Positions 1 to 8,991 of a DNA stretch of 12,404 nt are shown in pieces (position 1 is the first letter of the stretch; each line of letters starts with the position of its first letter). Origin of the DNA: Pseudomonadota bacterium (GTDB lineage: Bacteria > Bdellovibrionota_B > Oligoflexia > Oligoflexales > CAIMVM01). The stretch covers positions 1 to 12,404 of the forward strand of contig JBAXBA010000100.1 of assembly GCA_037142195.1 (NCBI GenBank), in the 5' to 3' direction. The position numbers were made by a program, and so were the translations under genes. Below the pieces are notes generated by a model. It searched no databases. It was not told the DNA's origin and saw only the letters and a program-made list of their open reading frames with translations.

Positions 1-2
1 TG

Positions 3-3000
3 CATGATGTGGCTGGCACTGCGCTCATGATGGCCCCTTAACAGTCGGGCCTCACTCATGGGGATTCAGATCATCGCGTGGACATTAACTCGGTGGGTTG
101 GGTCCTCTTTGAGATCCTAATGGGTAAACCCCCGTTTTCTGGCAAAACTAAAGATGATCTAAAATTAAAGCATCTTTCAGAGAAGCCACCAAATCTTCTC
201 GAATTAAGGCCAGATTTGCCAAAAACTCTCTGCCTTCTCATAGAGAAATGTTTGCAAAAAGATCCTGATCACAGATATCAATCTGCATTTAGTCTCTATT
301 GCGACCTTTATTCCATTGAACTAAATGGGATGCAGCCAGGCTTTGAATTCAAACTAGGCGCATTCGACAATTTTAACGCGATTAATGCAAAGTTTCCATT
401 GATTGGCAGAAAGGAGGAGTTCGATCAACTTGTTAATTTCTATATTTCCCTTGAACATGAAACTAGGTCTCGAATCGCTGTAGTTTCCGGAGATAGTGGG
501 TCTGGAAAGTCTCGCATCATCCAGGAAGTTCGCAATTTTTTGGTCCAAAGGAAGGTGAGATTTGTAGGCGGGTCCTTTTCCCGGCACGATTCCAAAATCT
601 CCTTTAACGCCCTTGCTTCGTCTTTTGATGAGTATCTTCTAAAAGTAAAGCGAACACAGCCAGGTGAAGCTCAAAGGCTTAAAGAGACGTTCCAAGAGGT
701 GTTAGGTGCAAGCCTAAACGAACTTGCAGCCGTCATTCCGATTCTAAAAGACTTTCGAGATGATACTTTAGGAAAAACGGAAGTTAGCCAAATTACGCAA
801 ATTGATACTTTCACAAAAACATTTTTAGACTTTACATCTTGTCTCATGTCTGATGATCAGCCTATGGTCTATATTTTCGACGATATTCACAATTCTGATG
901 ACGATTCGTTGAGGCTGATTGATGATTTTTTCACTCACTCTAATACTCAGAAGATGTATTTGATCATAACCTTCAAAGAAGAGTACCTTCATAGGAGGCC
1001 CCTTCTAAAGGACTTTGTAGAGAGAATACAAAAATTAAAAAGGCGTTTTCAGCATATCAAGCTAGACAATTTGAAGCCGAATGAAATATCTTTACTACTT
1101 TATAATCTTTTCAATGGTAACAAAGTTTCAGATTCTTATTTGAATTGGATTGAGAATCAAACGAAAGGAAACCCTCTTCAAATTCTTGAACTGACGAAAA
1201 GTTTGATTAAAAACAATAAACTTGTATCGAATCCAGAGGGATGGGGTAAGGAACTCACAGATTTAGATTCTTTCGGTAATGCTCTCCAAAGTAGCGATCT
1301 GGCGATTTCGAGAATTCACAACTACTCTGCTGAATATTTGTTGATTCTGCAGTATGCTGCTGTCGCAGGAATGTCTTTTAAAGCAGAAAGTGTGGCAGTG
1401 GTGTCCGACTTCTCCCGAGACATCGTAAGGGCCGCGTTAGCGAAAGCCAAAAATGATGCTCTTATTCAAGAACTATTGAGTCAAAGCTATGTGTTTAATC
1501 ACTATGAAATTCGAGAAGCACTTGTGGATGGAATTTCAAAGTCTAAGCTACTTCAATTACATTTGGACTTTGCCGTTCAGCTTAGCAAGGAAAAGTCTGC
1601 GAATTCTGACCAAGATGTGTTTAGCATCTCTCACCACTACAACTTAGCGACAGTGGGTAGATCAAGAGTCGCTACCGAGATATTGTCGCAAGCATTAAGG
1701 TCAAATATTAGGTCAGCAAAGCTAGCCGAAAAAAGAAGAACCTATCATTTTGCTTTGGAGTACTACAACAAGAGTCTTCAGCTGATCGACAGTAATCCCG
1801 CGTTGAGAAAGTCAGATCAAGACTATGCAGGGGTTCTGGGCAGTGCAGCCCATGTTTTAATAAAGCAGAAAGACTTTGAGCGCGCCAAGGAAAATATTCG
1901 AAAGATTTTAGATTTAAATATTTCAAAAGAAAGCAAGAAGTTAGCTTTGTTTGACTGGATACAAATGAACGCGCTTCAAGGTCGTATTTCCGAGGTTTTA
2001 GCAAATGCAAGGCATGTACTAGGTCGATCGCTTCTTTTTGTGCCAAGTAAGACGTTCTTTCGTGGTTGTTTAGTATTACTAGGTGATCTTTTCTGTCGAT
2101 TCCAAAAACTTCCTAAATTCAGCTCTCTTTCGATACTGCAAAATCACCACCCCAAAAGCGTCGGAACAAGAGATCAAAAAATATTGAGCATAGCCTTTAG
2201 GTCGGCAGTTAGAGGAAGAATAAGAGCACCACTTAAATTTCAAATTATCGCGGGTGGTCTGGCATCTTCCGCCGTGCTTAACGAGACTGATGCTGTAGAT
2301 TATATATTAGATAGAGTTGTTCTCTTGACGGAATTGGGTCTTAAAAGAATAGCGCGAAAAATTCTATTTGAAGCGTCAAAAATGCACGGGCTAAGCTCTC
2401 ATTCCAAGGCGAAGATATTTTTAGTAAAAAACATTTACTTTGACTTCAATAAAACAGAAATCCGAAAGAGCATAGACTATTTTATTCACAGGAAGGGTTA
2501 TGAAGTCCTAGAATGGCCGGAAGACGCCCAGTACGAAGCTGTTCATCGAGGAATGTCTGCTTGGGTGCTTTTGAAGCAGGGGGATATTGTTCGGGCTATG
2601 GAACAAGCCAATTATGCATATAGAATGCTCCCCTTTCGAAATCAGGCTGGGACATTTGGTGCGGCAACGCTTTTGCTTTGCCTCTCTTTAAAAGGAGAGC
2701 GGGATCAATTACTGAAGGTAGGTAAGAAGTGGCTTAAGCGCCGATCAGAATCTAGCAATCGATCAAATGATATCTTCGCATTGGTTGCTGCTAGTCTTAT
2801 CTATATAACATCTGGCGATAAAGCATCTTGCCAAGAAATATTTGGCCGAATAAGCAAAGAGTTTGAAAGCAATTTTGTGAAGAAACGTAATTTCCCTCAT
2901 GAGCTTGATCTTCTTAGCTTCTACTTTGTTATGTATCCCTTTCATTTTGAGTATGAATTCGGCTCGCCTCTTTATAGAAGTAAGAATTTAAGCGATTTGT

Positions 3001-4754
3001 ATAGTAGCTTTGCCAAGGGGATCATTAATTCCAAAGTTTCTCCGCTCTATCGTCAGATATTTCGGTTACTGTCATTCGATTTTATAGGGGAAGGACAGCA
3101 TGCTTATAACGCTTGGCGGGAATTAGAGTCAAGCTTAGCCGGCCCCAATCATCATCTTTTAAGAGCACTCATTAGTACTAAGGTAGGTCTTTCTCTGTGG
3201 AAGGACTTTGGAAAGCTTCCGCGGATTAGCAAGGCCATATTGCAAGGGCACTCTACTTCAAAAAGCTTATCGGTAACGCTACTAACCAAAGCCATTGAAT
3301 CTAAACTGACCGCCGCTGGAATCAGTTTTTTAAAAGAAGATGTGTCCGAAGGGATTGCTAATTTTGCAGCTAGAGTAGCGTATTTTCCCTCTACAATTAC
3401 AGAAGAATTGTTGGACTATATTTCTCGCTCTGATGGCAGCCGTGGGGGGCGGGATGATTTAGATAAAGCTGCAGCTTTGGTTGATTTTCATTATGGTTCT
3501 GCGGCGGTCTATACCTTGGAAGGATCGCGTCTTGGATATGCTCTCATTAAAGGAGAGCAAGAATCCCAGGGATTATCAGAAAACATCAAAGAATTTGCTT
3601 CCGGAACGACAACCTCTTTTATTCCTACGGCGAATTCCGGAGATGATCAAGACGATGGAGTTGAAAATTCATCCCCTAAGAGCAATGACCGTGAATTTGC
3701 CAGTGATAAAAATGCTGGTCCCAAAGGGCTCTTTGAAGAGACAAACATATATTTAGAATTTGACTCTGAGGAAGTGACCAGAAAAAACGAGCCTAGTTTG
3801 GATCTCGTTTCCGGGTCTGAAGGGCAAAGGCTAGCACATGCTCCACAAGCCCCAAATAGAATGGGCTGTCTCATTCCGATCAAACATTGGGGAGATGTTT
3901 TGGGGTATTTGTTTGTGGATGACATAGGCGAGCTTTATAAGCGTGATGTGGCTGCTAGTCGCTCTGAGCTCGACTACTTTGGCTCCATTTTAGGCACTTC
4001 AGTGTCTCTCCAAAACTCTTGGGTGGTTGCACTAGATCACGTAGTTAGGGAGCCTGACGGTTCCACTATTATGGAGCCTTGCAGTTGGCTTCATGTTTGG
4101 TTCCACGGGCATTTGCGTCGAGGCCGGGAGTCGACCTGGTATCTTGGGGCTAACCTGGGTGCTGAATTCTATGTAGTTATTTATGGACATTTGGACGGAA
4201 AAGAACAGGTTAGAATGCGGCTGAGCAGCTATATTTGGGTTTCGGTGAATGCCATAATCTCGGAGTTGAAGACTAAGAGTGTAGAAATTACAATACACCA
4301 TATTTACGAACGTGTAGCCCTTCAAATCCAACAAAACGCCGCAGACTTTTTGGAAATAACTCAATTAAATTTTGCGGTTAGCCTCATTTGCAAAGGGGAC
4401 TTATCTGTGGAAAGTGCCTATTTTGGCTCAAGCAAGCCTTGGGTGGTAGGAGGAGAGAACAACCAAAACGCCTTCAATGATGCTGTTGCTACAATAGATG
4501 GCTATTCCAAGCTCTTACGATATTTTCACATAAGCTCGAATCTCGGTGGTTTTCACCCTCTGTTATTGTCTAAAGATCCGTCAAAGATTGACCGAAGAGT
4601 AGATGCAGAGATGCAAACTTCCCTAGCTGAGGCTTACCGCAGTTTTATAGGCCAAGAACCTGATGGGGAGCAATTGCATCAAGCTTTAGAGGATGTGTTG
4701 GGGGTGGATTCTATGCCGAGATATTATCTCGGTGCAGGAATCAAAGGTGCTTAA
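3..4754 (+). CDS. 5'-truncated multidomain signalling protein: Ser/Thr kinase C-lobe + AAA/STAND-like ATPase + TPR/helical region + GAF-like + degenerate SpoIIE/PP2C-like domain; in-frame TAA at 39-41
   Basis: The frame of ORF 78..4754 continues to the window edge as HDVAGTALMMAP*QSG...DHRVDINSVGWVLFEILMGKPPF (kinase subdomains VIII-IX) and LIEKCLQKDPDHRYQSA (XI). LIGRKEE, Walker A GDSGSGKS (489-512), Walker B YIFDD (870-884) and TKGNPL follow. FNHYEIRE and HFALEYY are typical of kinase-AAA fusions. A GAF-like strand CLIPIKHWGDVLGYLFVDD lies at ~3867-3923. The GTG at 78 is inside the kinase domain and is not the ancestral start. Confidence 0.88.
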
Positions 4755-4852
4755 GTTTTAGGGGCGAGTATCTCTTTCTAGAACGCTTAAGTTGTGATAT
4801 TAACTAAGATGTTCTAGGTAGTAAGATGAGGCATATTTTTTGGAGGCATGGC

Positions 4853-5038
4853 ATGGCTGGATTAGGTGTAACAGAACTTCTCGTGATTCTTGCAATAGTG
4901 GTGCTGTTGTTTGGAGGTTCCAAGCTTCCCAAGCTCGGGCAATCCCTGGGCGAGAGTATTGCCAATTTTAAAAAAGGAGTCAGAGAGGCAGAGAGAGCCT
5001 CCGATGATACCAAAAAAATAGATAAGGATAATGGCTAA
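4853..5038 (+). CDS. tatA: Twin-arginine translocase subunit TatA/TatE
   Basis: [42 protein letters not shown] gives an N-terminal TM helix, FG hinge and amphipathic helix ending in FK. SD GGAGG at 4842-4846 lies 6 nt before ATG 4853, so this start is preferred over 4826. Confidence 0.95.
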   Translation: MAGLGVTELLVILAIVVLLFGGSKLPKLGQSLGESIANFKKGVREAERASDDTKKIDKDNG

Positions 5039-5047
5039 GGGCCGCGA

Positions 5048-5908
5048 ATGTGGTCTGATACCCTACTCCATCGAAAGTTGGTTTTTGTTACAGGAAAAGG
5101 AGGCGTGGGGAAGACCTCTTGTTCAGTAGCGCTTGCTCAAAGTTTGAAAGACGCTGGGAAGAAGGTGCTGTTAGTGGAATCTAGCAAGCTTCCCCAGTTG
5201 CCGGAGTATTGCCGGGGGTTAGGCATTGATACCCTCAATTTAGAGATATCAGATTGTTTCAGAGACTATATTGTTGATAATCTAGGCCAAGCAAGACTTT
5301 ATGAGGCAGTTTTTTCGAGAGACGTGGTGAAAACGTTTCTTGAGACCATTCCAGGGCTGGGCGAAGTTATGTTGCTTGGTAGAATCTTCTGGGCTTTGAA
5401 TCCTCGATCGGGCAACCAGTATGACATGATTATTTTCGATGCGCCCAGTTCAGGGCATTTTCTTTCGTTACTTACCACCCCTAAGGCTATGATCGATACC
5501 GGCATTGGCGGTCCCTTGATAGGCGAGGTGCAAAAAGTCTATGACTTTTTGAAGAGTGGCGCGGCATCGATGGTCTACTTAGTGACTCCAGAGGAACTCG
5601 TTGTGAGTGAAGCCATTGATTTTCTTCCTCAGATCCAATCTAAGGTTGAAGTTCCTATGGAATTTATATTGCTCAATCGATTTCCTCCCCATGTGGACTC
5701 ATCACAGCTAAAGCCGGTACTCCGTGCATGGGTCGATCAAGAATTGAGTCGGTCTCGGAGCGCTGCCAAAATGCTATTTGCTGGGGTTCCTGAAGCATTA
5801 CGTTCCAAGCTATATACCCTTGATCTTCAAAACTCATTTGAGTTTCCCATGACAGCTGAAATTTGTCGCAAGCTTCTTTCGACCCTTAAAATTGCAGGTC
5901 AGCTATGA
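5048..5908 (+). CDS. ArsA/Get3-related SIMIBI ATPase, first member of pair (Rv3679/BagA-like)
   Basis: Deviant Walker A GKGGVGKT (5093-5116), KVLLVE, PGLGEVMLLG, switch II DAPSSGH, TPEELVVSE, ILLNR. Confidence 0.88.
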   Translation: MWSDTLLHRKLVFVTGKGGVGKTSCSVALAQSLKDAGKKVLLVESSKLPQLPEYCRGLGIDTLNLEISDCFRDYIVDNLGQARLYEAVFSRDVVKTFLETIPGLGEVMLLGRIFWALNPRSGNQYDMIIFDAPSSGHFLSLLTTPKAMIDTGIGGPLIGEVQKVYDFLKSGAASMVYLVTPEELVVSEAIDFLPQIQSKVEVPMEFILLNRFPPHVDSSQLKPVLRAWVDQELSRSRSAAKMLFAGVPEALRSKLYTLDLQNSFEFPMTAEICRKLLSTLKIAGQL

Positions 5909-6963
5909 AGTCATTACTCGATTCCAAAGCGGTTGTTTTTATAGGGCCAGGAGGAGTGGGTAAGACGACTTCGGCCGTAGTTTTTTCACTTCTTGCTGCA
6001 TGGCAAGGAAAGAAGGTGGGCCTTCTATCCATCGATCCTTCTAAGCGACTAGCAAGTGCCTTAGGCATGAACTTAAAGGGAAAGCCTAAACTTTTAAATT
6101 TGGGCCCCGAGGTCAAAGGTTCGATTCATGCGGGGGTTGTGGATCTCAAGCAAATTTTTGATGATAAAGTGAGAGAATTTTCCAAATCTCAAACAAAAAT
6201 CGACAAGATTCTGGGTCATCCCCTATATAAGGCTGCAAGTACCAATCTTTCAGGTCCCGTGGAATATATGTCTTTGGCTAGATTTCAAGAGATGGTGGAT
6301 GGCGGTGAGTTTGATATTGTAGTTTTAGATACCCCCCCCGATCATCATGCTTTAGATTTTCTAACGCGACCCAATGTGCTAGCAGGCTTTATGGATAAGA
6401 AAATTATCCAGTGGCTGGTTAAGCCATTCGCATTAGCGGGTCGATTGGGATTGGGTAAAATATTTTCGATGGGTGAGAAACTCATGGGCGGTTTAGCCCA
6501 GATCACAGGGATTTCTACTCTCCATAAATTTGCGGAATTTGTCATTGATTTACAGGAAGTCATTGAAGGGTTTCATAGGTTAGGCACGAGGACATTAGCG
6601 ATTTTTGCCGACAAGTCGACCAGATTTGTCTTGGTGTCCTCAGTGCATCATGATCGCATATATTCCATAAAGTCCTTAGGTCTGAAACTCATCGAATTGG
6701 GATTTACCAATCCAGACCTGATCATCAATCGCTGTTTGCCTCAGCAGGTGACCGACGATCTAAGTGAAGTACCAATGGGGACAAATCCGATCCTAGATGA
6801 GATGGGCCAACGTATTCAGAGAGAAAAAGACCTTACTAAATGGTTTTCTGGCATCAGTTCTGGCCATATCATTCGCGCAGACGATATCGGCACCGAGGTC
6901 GATTCCCTGGAATCTCTTACGAAATTTGCATTAGCGCAGTCGCAGCTCGACTCAGAAGTTTGA
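5905..6963 (+). CDS. ArsA/Get3-related SIMIBI ATPase, second member of pair (Rv3680/BagB-like)
   Basis: Walker A GPGGVGKTT (from 5944), SIDPSKRLASALG, EYMSL, DIVVLDTPPDHHALDFL, IINR. ATGA overlap with the upstream gene at 5905-5908. Confidence 0.9.
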   Translation: MKSLLDSKAVVFIGPGGVGKTTSAVVFSLLAAWQGKKVGLLSIDPSKRLASALGMNLKGKPKLLNLGPEVKGSIHAGVVDLKQIFDDKVREFSKSQTKIDKILGHPLYKAASTNLSGPVEYMSLARFQEMVDGGEFDIVVLDTPPDHHALDFLTRPNVLAGFMDKKIIQWLVKPFALAGRLGLGKIFSMGEKLMGGLAQITGISTLHKFAEFVIDLQEVIEGFHRLGTRTLAIFADKSTRFVLVSSVHHDRIYSIKSLGLKLIELGFTNPDLIINRCLPQQVTDDLSEVPMGTNPILDEMGQRIQREKDLTKWFSGISSGHIIRADDIGTEVDSLESLTKFALAQSQLDSEV

Positions 6964-7105
6964 AAGCTTTTTTGCGCTTTTCTGTGTTTGGGATCATCAC
7001 CGCTATAGAAAGGTCATGCAAGTTTGCATAAGTTTCCTATAGCCAAGTGATACCGAAGATCAGGTGCTGGTGAAGCGTTTGGTGAGCCTGTTCTGGACAG
7101 CTTTC
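6962..7105 (+). ncRNA. Candidate long rod-like structured RNA or 3' UTR between convergent genes
   Basis: Nested stems: GAAAGCT 6962-6968/AGCTTTC 7099-7105; GCGCTTT 6974-6980/GAAGCGT 7072-7078; ATCAC 6996-7000/GTGAT 7047-7051; GCTATAG 7002-7008/CTATAGC 7037-7043; ATGCA 7016-7020/TGCAT 7025-7029. Confidence 0.3.
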
Positions 7106-7116
7106 TCCACATTCCT

Positions 7117-7157
7117 CTCCTTCCATCGCCGGCGGAAGGAGGCGCATTTGCCTTTTT
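7117..7157. terminator. GC-rich hairpin, probable terminator between convergent transcription units
   Basis: CTCCTTCC 7117-7124 pairs with GGAAGGAG 7134-7141 (9-nt loop). T-rich ATTTGCCTTTTT follows on + but is not immediately adjacent. Confidence 0.45.
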
Positions 7158-7170
7158 GTCCTTAATTCAG

Positions 7171-7671
7171 TTAGGGCAAAGTAACGGTCGCCGAAACAAT
7201 TTTCTGCACTAAGTTACTATCGATACTGATTTCTGCTGAGCAAGCTGTGCCAAGGGCGGGCACTACCGTAAATTTATAGACTCCAGAGCTCGTAAACGAC
7301 AGCGTTTTTCCTTCGATAGGGTTTAGACCTGGAGGTGTTATAGATGCACTAAAATCAACAGCCGGCAAAAGGATGATAGTGAGTGAACCCGTCATTTCTG
7401 GTGAAGTTAATGGCTCGGAAGCTACGCTAACGACGCACGGCTTGGAGGAGTCCTGGGTATTTGAGGCATTGCTACCTTCGGTTGGCTTCGCGTCATTTTT
7501 AGGGATGGTGGCGCTCTGCGTTTCCTGGGGCTTGTTCGGAGAGTTTTTAGGTGGTTCGTCATTATCCGTGGGGTTTCCCACTTGAGTCCCGCAAGATGAA
7601 GTCCCAAATGCAAAGCACGAGGCTAAAAGGAGTACCTTTAACAAATTACCATATAGCGATACATGTCTCAT
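7171..7671 (-). CDS. Hypothetical lipoprotein with CGTxxGNP motif, disordered linker and small beta-rich C-terminal domain
   Basis: Signal-peptide-like N-terminus with candidate lipobox cysteines (LASC19 or TSSC27). CGTQVGNP at 7593-7570, a P/S/T/N-rich linker and two C-terminal-domain Cys. ATGA overlap with the upstream TIGR02147 gene. Confidence 0.75.
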   Translation of the reverse strand: MRHVSLYGNLLKVLLLASCFAFGTSSCGTQVGNPTDNDEPPKNSPNKPQETQSATIPKNDAKPTEGSNASNTQDSSKPCVVSVASEPLTSPEMTGSLTIILLPAVDFSASITPPGLNPIEGKTLSFTSSGVYKFTVVPALGTACSAEISIDSNLVQKIVSATVTLP

Positions 7672-8546
7672 TTTTCCCCCTCGCTGCTAGGTGTCAGTGG
7701 CGAAGAGACGGGAAATAGCTGAATATTGAGCTGGTAAATCCTGTCTACTTCAGAACATTGCTCTGATTTTTCAAGCATAGCCTGCCAAAACACGGTGATG
7801 TCTGACTTTATTTCATGCATAAGCTTTTCGGATACAGGGAGGGTAATGGCTTGGAAATCGCGAGCTTGAGATTTAACAGTTGTGAGCGCTGTTCGTGCTA
7901 GCTCGATCATCACTTGATGGTATCTGGTTACGGACATGGAGCGAACGAGGGAGCCGGTCGTTATATGTATGTCTTTAGGAGTAAGTCTTTCAGAGCTGTC
8001 AGAGCGCACTAGGAATCCTATCCGAATGAGAAGTTCTAATGCTTCCGTGGCTTGCTTTATTGTGATAGGTGGAATCACTTTTTCTGCAATCCATTCAGGA
8101 TCAGCTCTAAATTCTTCATAATTTGCCAACTCACGGACTACTGGATAGTACCATTCGCTCAAGTATTCCAGCATGTCGCGTTCGATGACAGAAGGTAGCG
8201 TTTTGTGCTTTATCTCGATGAGTTCAGAAAAGAGATCTTCTTTTTTGTTGGGGGACGTAGTGCATTCGTGAGAAACCAAAAGCTCAAAGTATCGCCTTTC
8301 ATCACCCCGCAACTGAAGAGTTGAAGACAGATCTTTAGCGGCCTTAAGGGTTAGCTTTCTTTGTCCCGTGCAAATAAGATGCATATAATTAGAGGGGCCA
8401 TAACCTAGTTCATCGGCAAATTTTCTGTAGCTATAGCGAGAGGAATGCTTCTTAATATGGAGATAGACAGCTCGCAGATAGTCTGATGGTCTCAGAAATT
8501 CGAAGACCTTTTGAGATGCTGCAGCGTCTTTTAATGTTATGGACAT
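7668..8546 (-). CDS. TIGR02147 family protein (N-terminal HTH + DUF4423), putative transcription regulator
   Basis: Characteristic motifs SYRKFADELGY..SNYMHLI..GQRKLT, YLSEWYYPVVREL, EALELLIRIGFL, YHQVMIELARTAL, RDFQAITL and IYQLNIQLFPV; 292 aa. Confidence 0.92.
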   Translation of the reverse strand: MSITLKDAAASQKVFEFLRPSDYLRAVYLHIKKHSSRYSYRKFADELGYGPSNYMHLICTGQRKLTLKAAKDLSSTLQLRGDERRYFELLVSHECTTSPNKKEDLFSELIEIKHKTLPSVIERDMLEYLSEWYYPVVRELANYEEFRADPEWIAEKVIPPITIKQATEALELLIRIGFLVRSDSSERLTPKDIHITTGSLVRSMSVTRYHQVMIELARTALTTVKSQARDFQAITLPVSEKLMHEIKSDITVFWQAMLEKSEQCSEVDRIYQLNIQLFPVSSPLTPSSEGEK

Positions 8547-8597
8547 GGGATCTTTGGCCTCATTGTGAATGCTCTTTCCAGCGAGACGTATATCTAC

Positions 8598-8625
8598 TTA
8601 TCGAACATCCACTATAAAAACTTGA
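8598..8625 (-). promoter_or_regulatory. Putative sigma-28 (FliA) promoter for the TIGR02147-lipoprotein operon
   Basis: The minus strand reads TCAAGTTTTTATAGTGGATG-TTCGATAA (TCAA-N16-TTCGATAA versus consensus TAAA-N15-GCCGATAA), ~50 nt upstream of the ATG at 8546. Confidence 0.5.
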
Positions 8626-8660
8626 GGATAAGTTCTCCTTTTTTCAATTCGACAATATGA

Positions 8661-8928
8661 TTTGTATATTTTGCGCAACCTTTCGAAAGAATGTGCTTTC
8701 TATCTCTTTATCGAAGTCTCATCTTAAATCCGCATTAAATTTCAGCTAGTTATAGCTAAAGGTGAGCCAGCTTTTTATCTTTAGCTCCTTAGGAATGAAA
8801 GACTGTTTAAAAACTCTAGGAGCCAAACTAAGGGGTTATTTAAAGTATACAAAACAGATTTTGTAAAAAACAAAAAAAACAAAAAAATACATTGAAATAG
8901 ATATTTTAGCTAAAGAAAAATATACAAA
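8661..8928. promoter_or_regulatory. Three copies of AAARTATACAAA, candidate operator sites
   Basis: Copies at 8661-8672 (minus), 8842-8853 (+) and 8917-8928 (+). The second is part of the palindrome TACAAAA-caga-TTTTGTA at 8848-8865. Confidence 0.5.
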
Positions 8929-8937
8929 AACCGATAT
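8911..8937 (+). promoter_or_regulatory. Putative sigma-28 (FliA) promoter for the beta-propeller lipoprotein gene
   Basis: TAAA (8911-8914)-N15-ACCGATAT (8930-8937), ~55 nt upstream of ATG 8992. Confidence 0.6.
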
Positions 8938-8991
8938 CTCATCTGAGTGTGTGGCGTGGTTCCCTTTTTACCCTAAACAATGGAGATTGAA

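Noticed and set aside
4793..4803. Extended -10 promoter (TGTGATATTAA) for tatA
   Set aside because: The position is plausible, but the match is ambiguous and there is no clear -35, so it is too weak to call.
5048..6963. Arsenical pump ATPase arsA
   Set aside because: These are two separate single-domain genes with BagA/BagB-type motifs and no ars operon genes nearby, so the symbol was not assigned.
7128..7146. SRP RNA-like CGGAAGGAGGC
   Set aside because: It lacks the flanking CAGG/AGCAG internal loop and is better explained as the 3' arm of the 7117-7141 hairpin.
8708..8715. Second TTCGATAA (minus) as a sigma-28 -10 box
   Set aside because: No TAAA/TCAA-like -35 element at 15-16 nt spacing.
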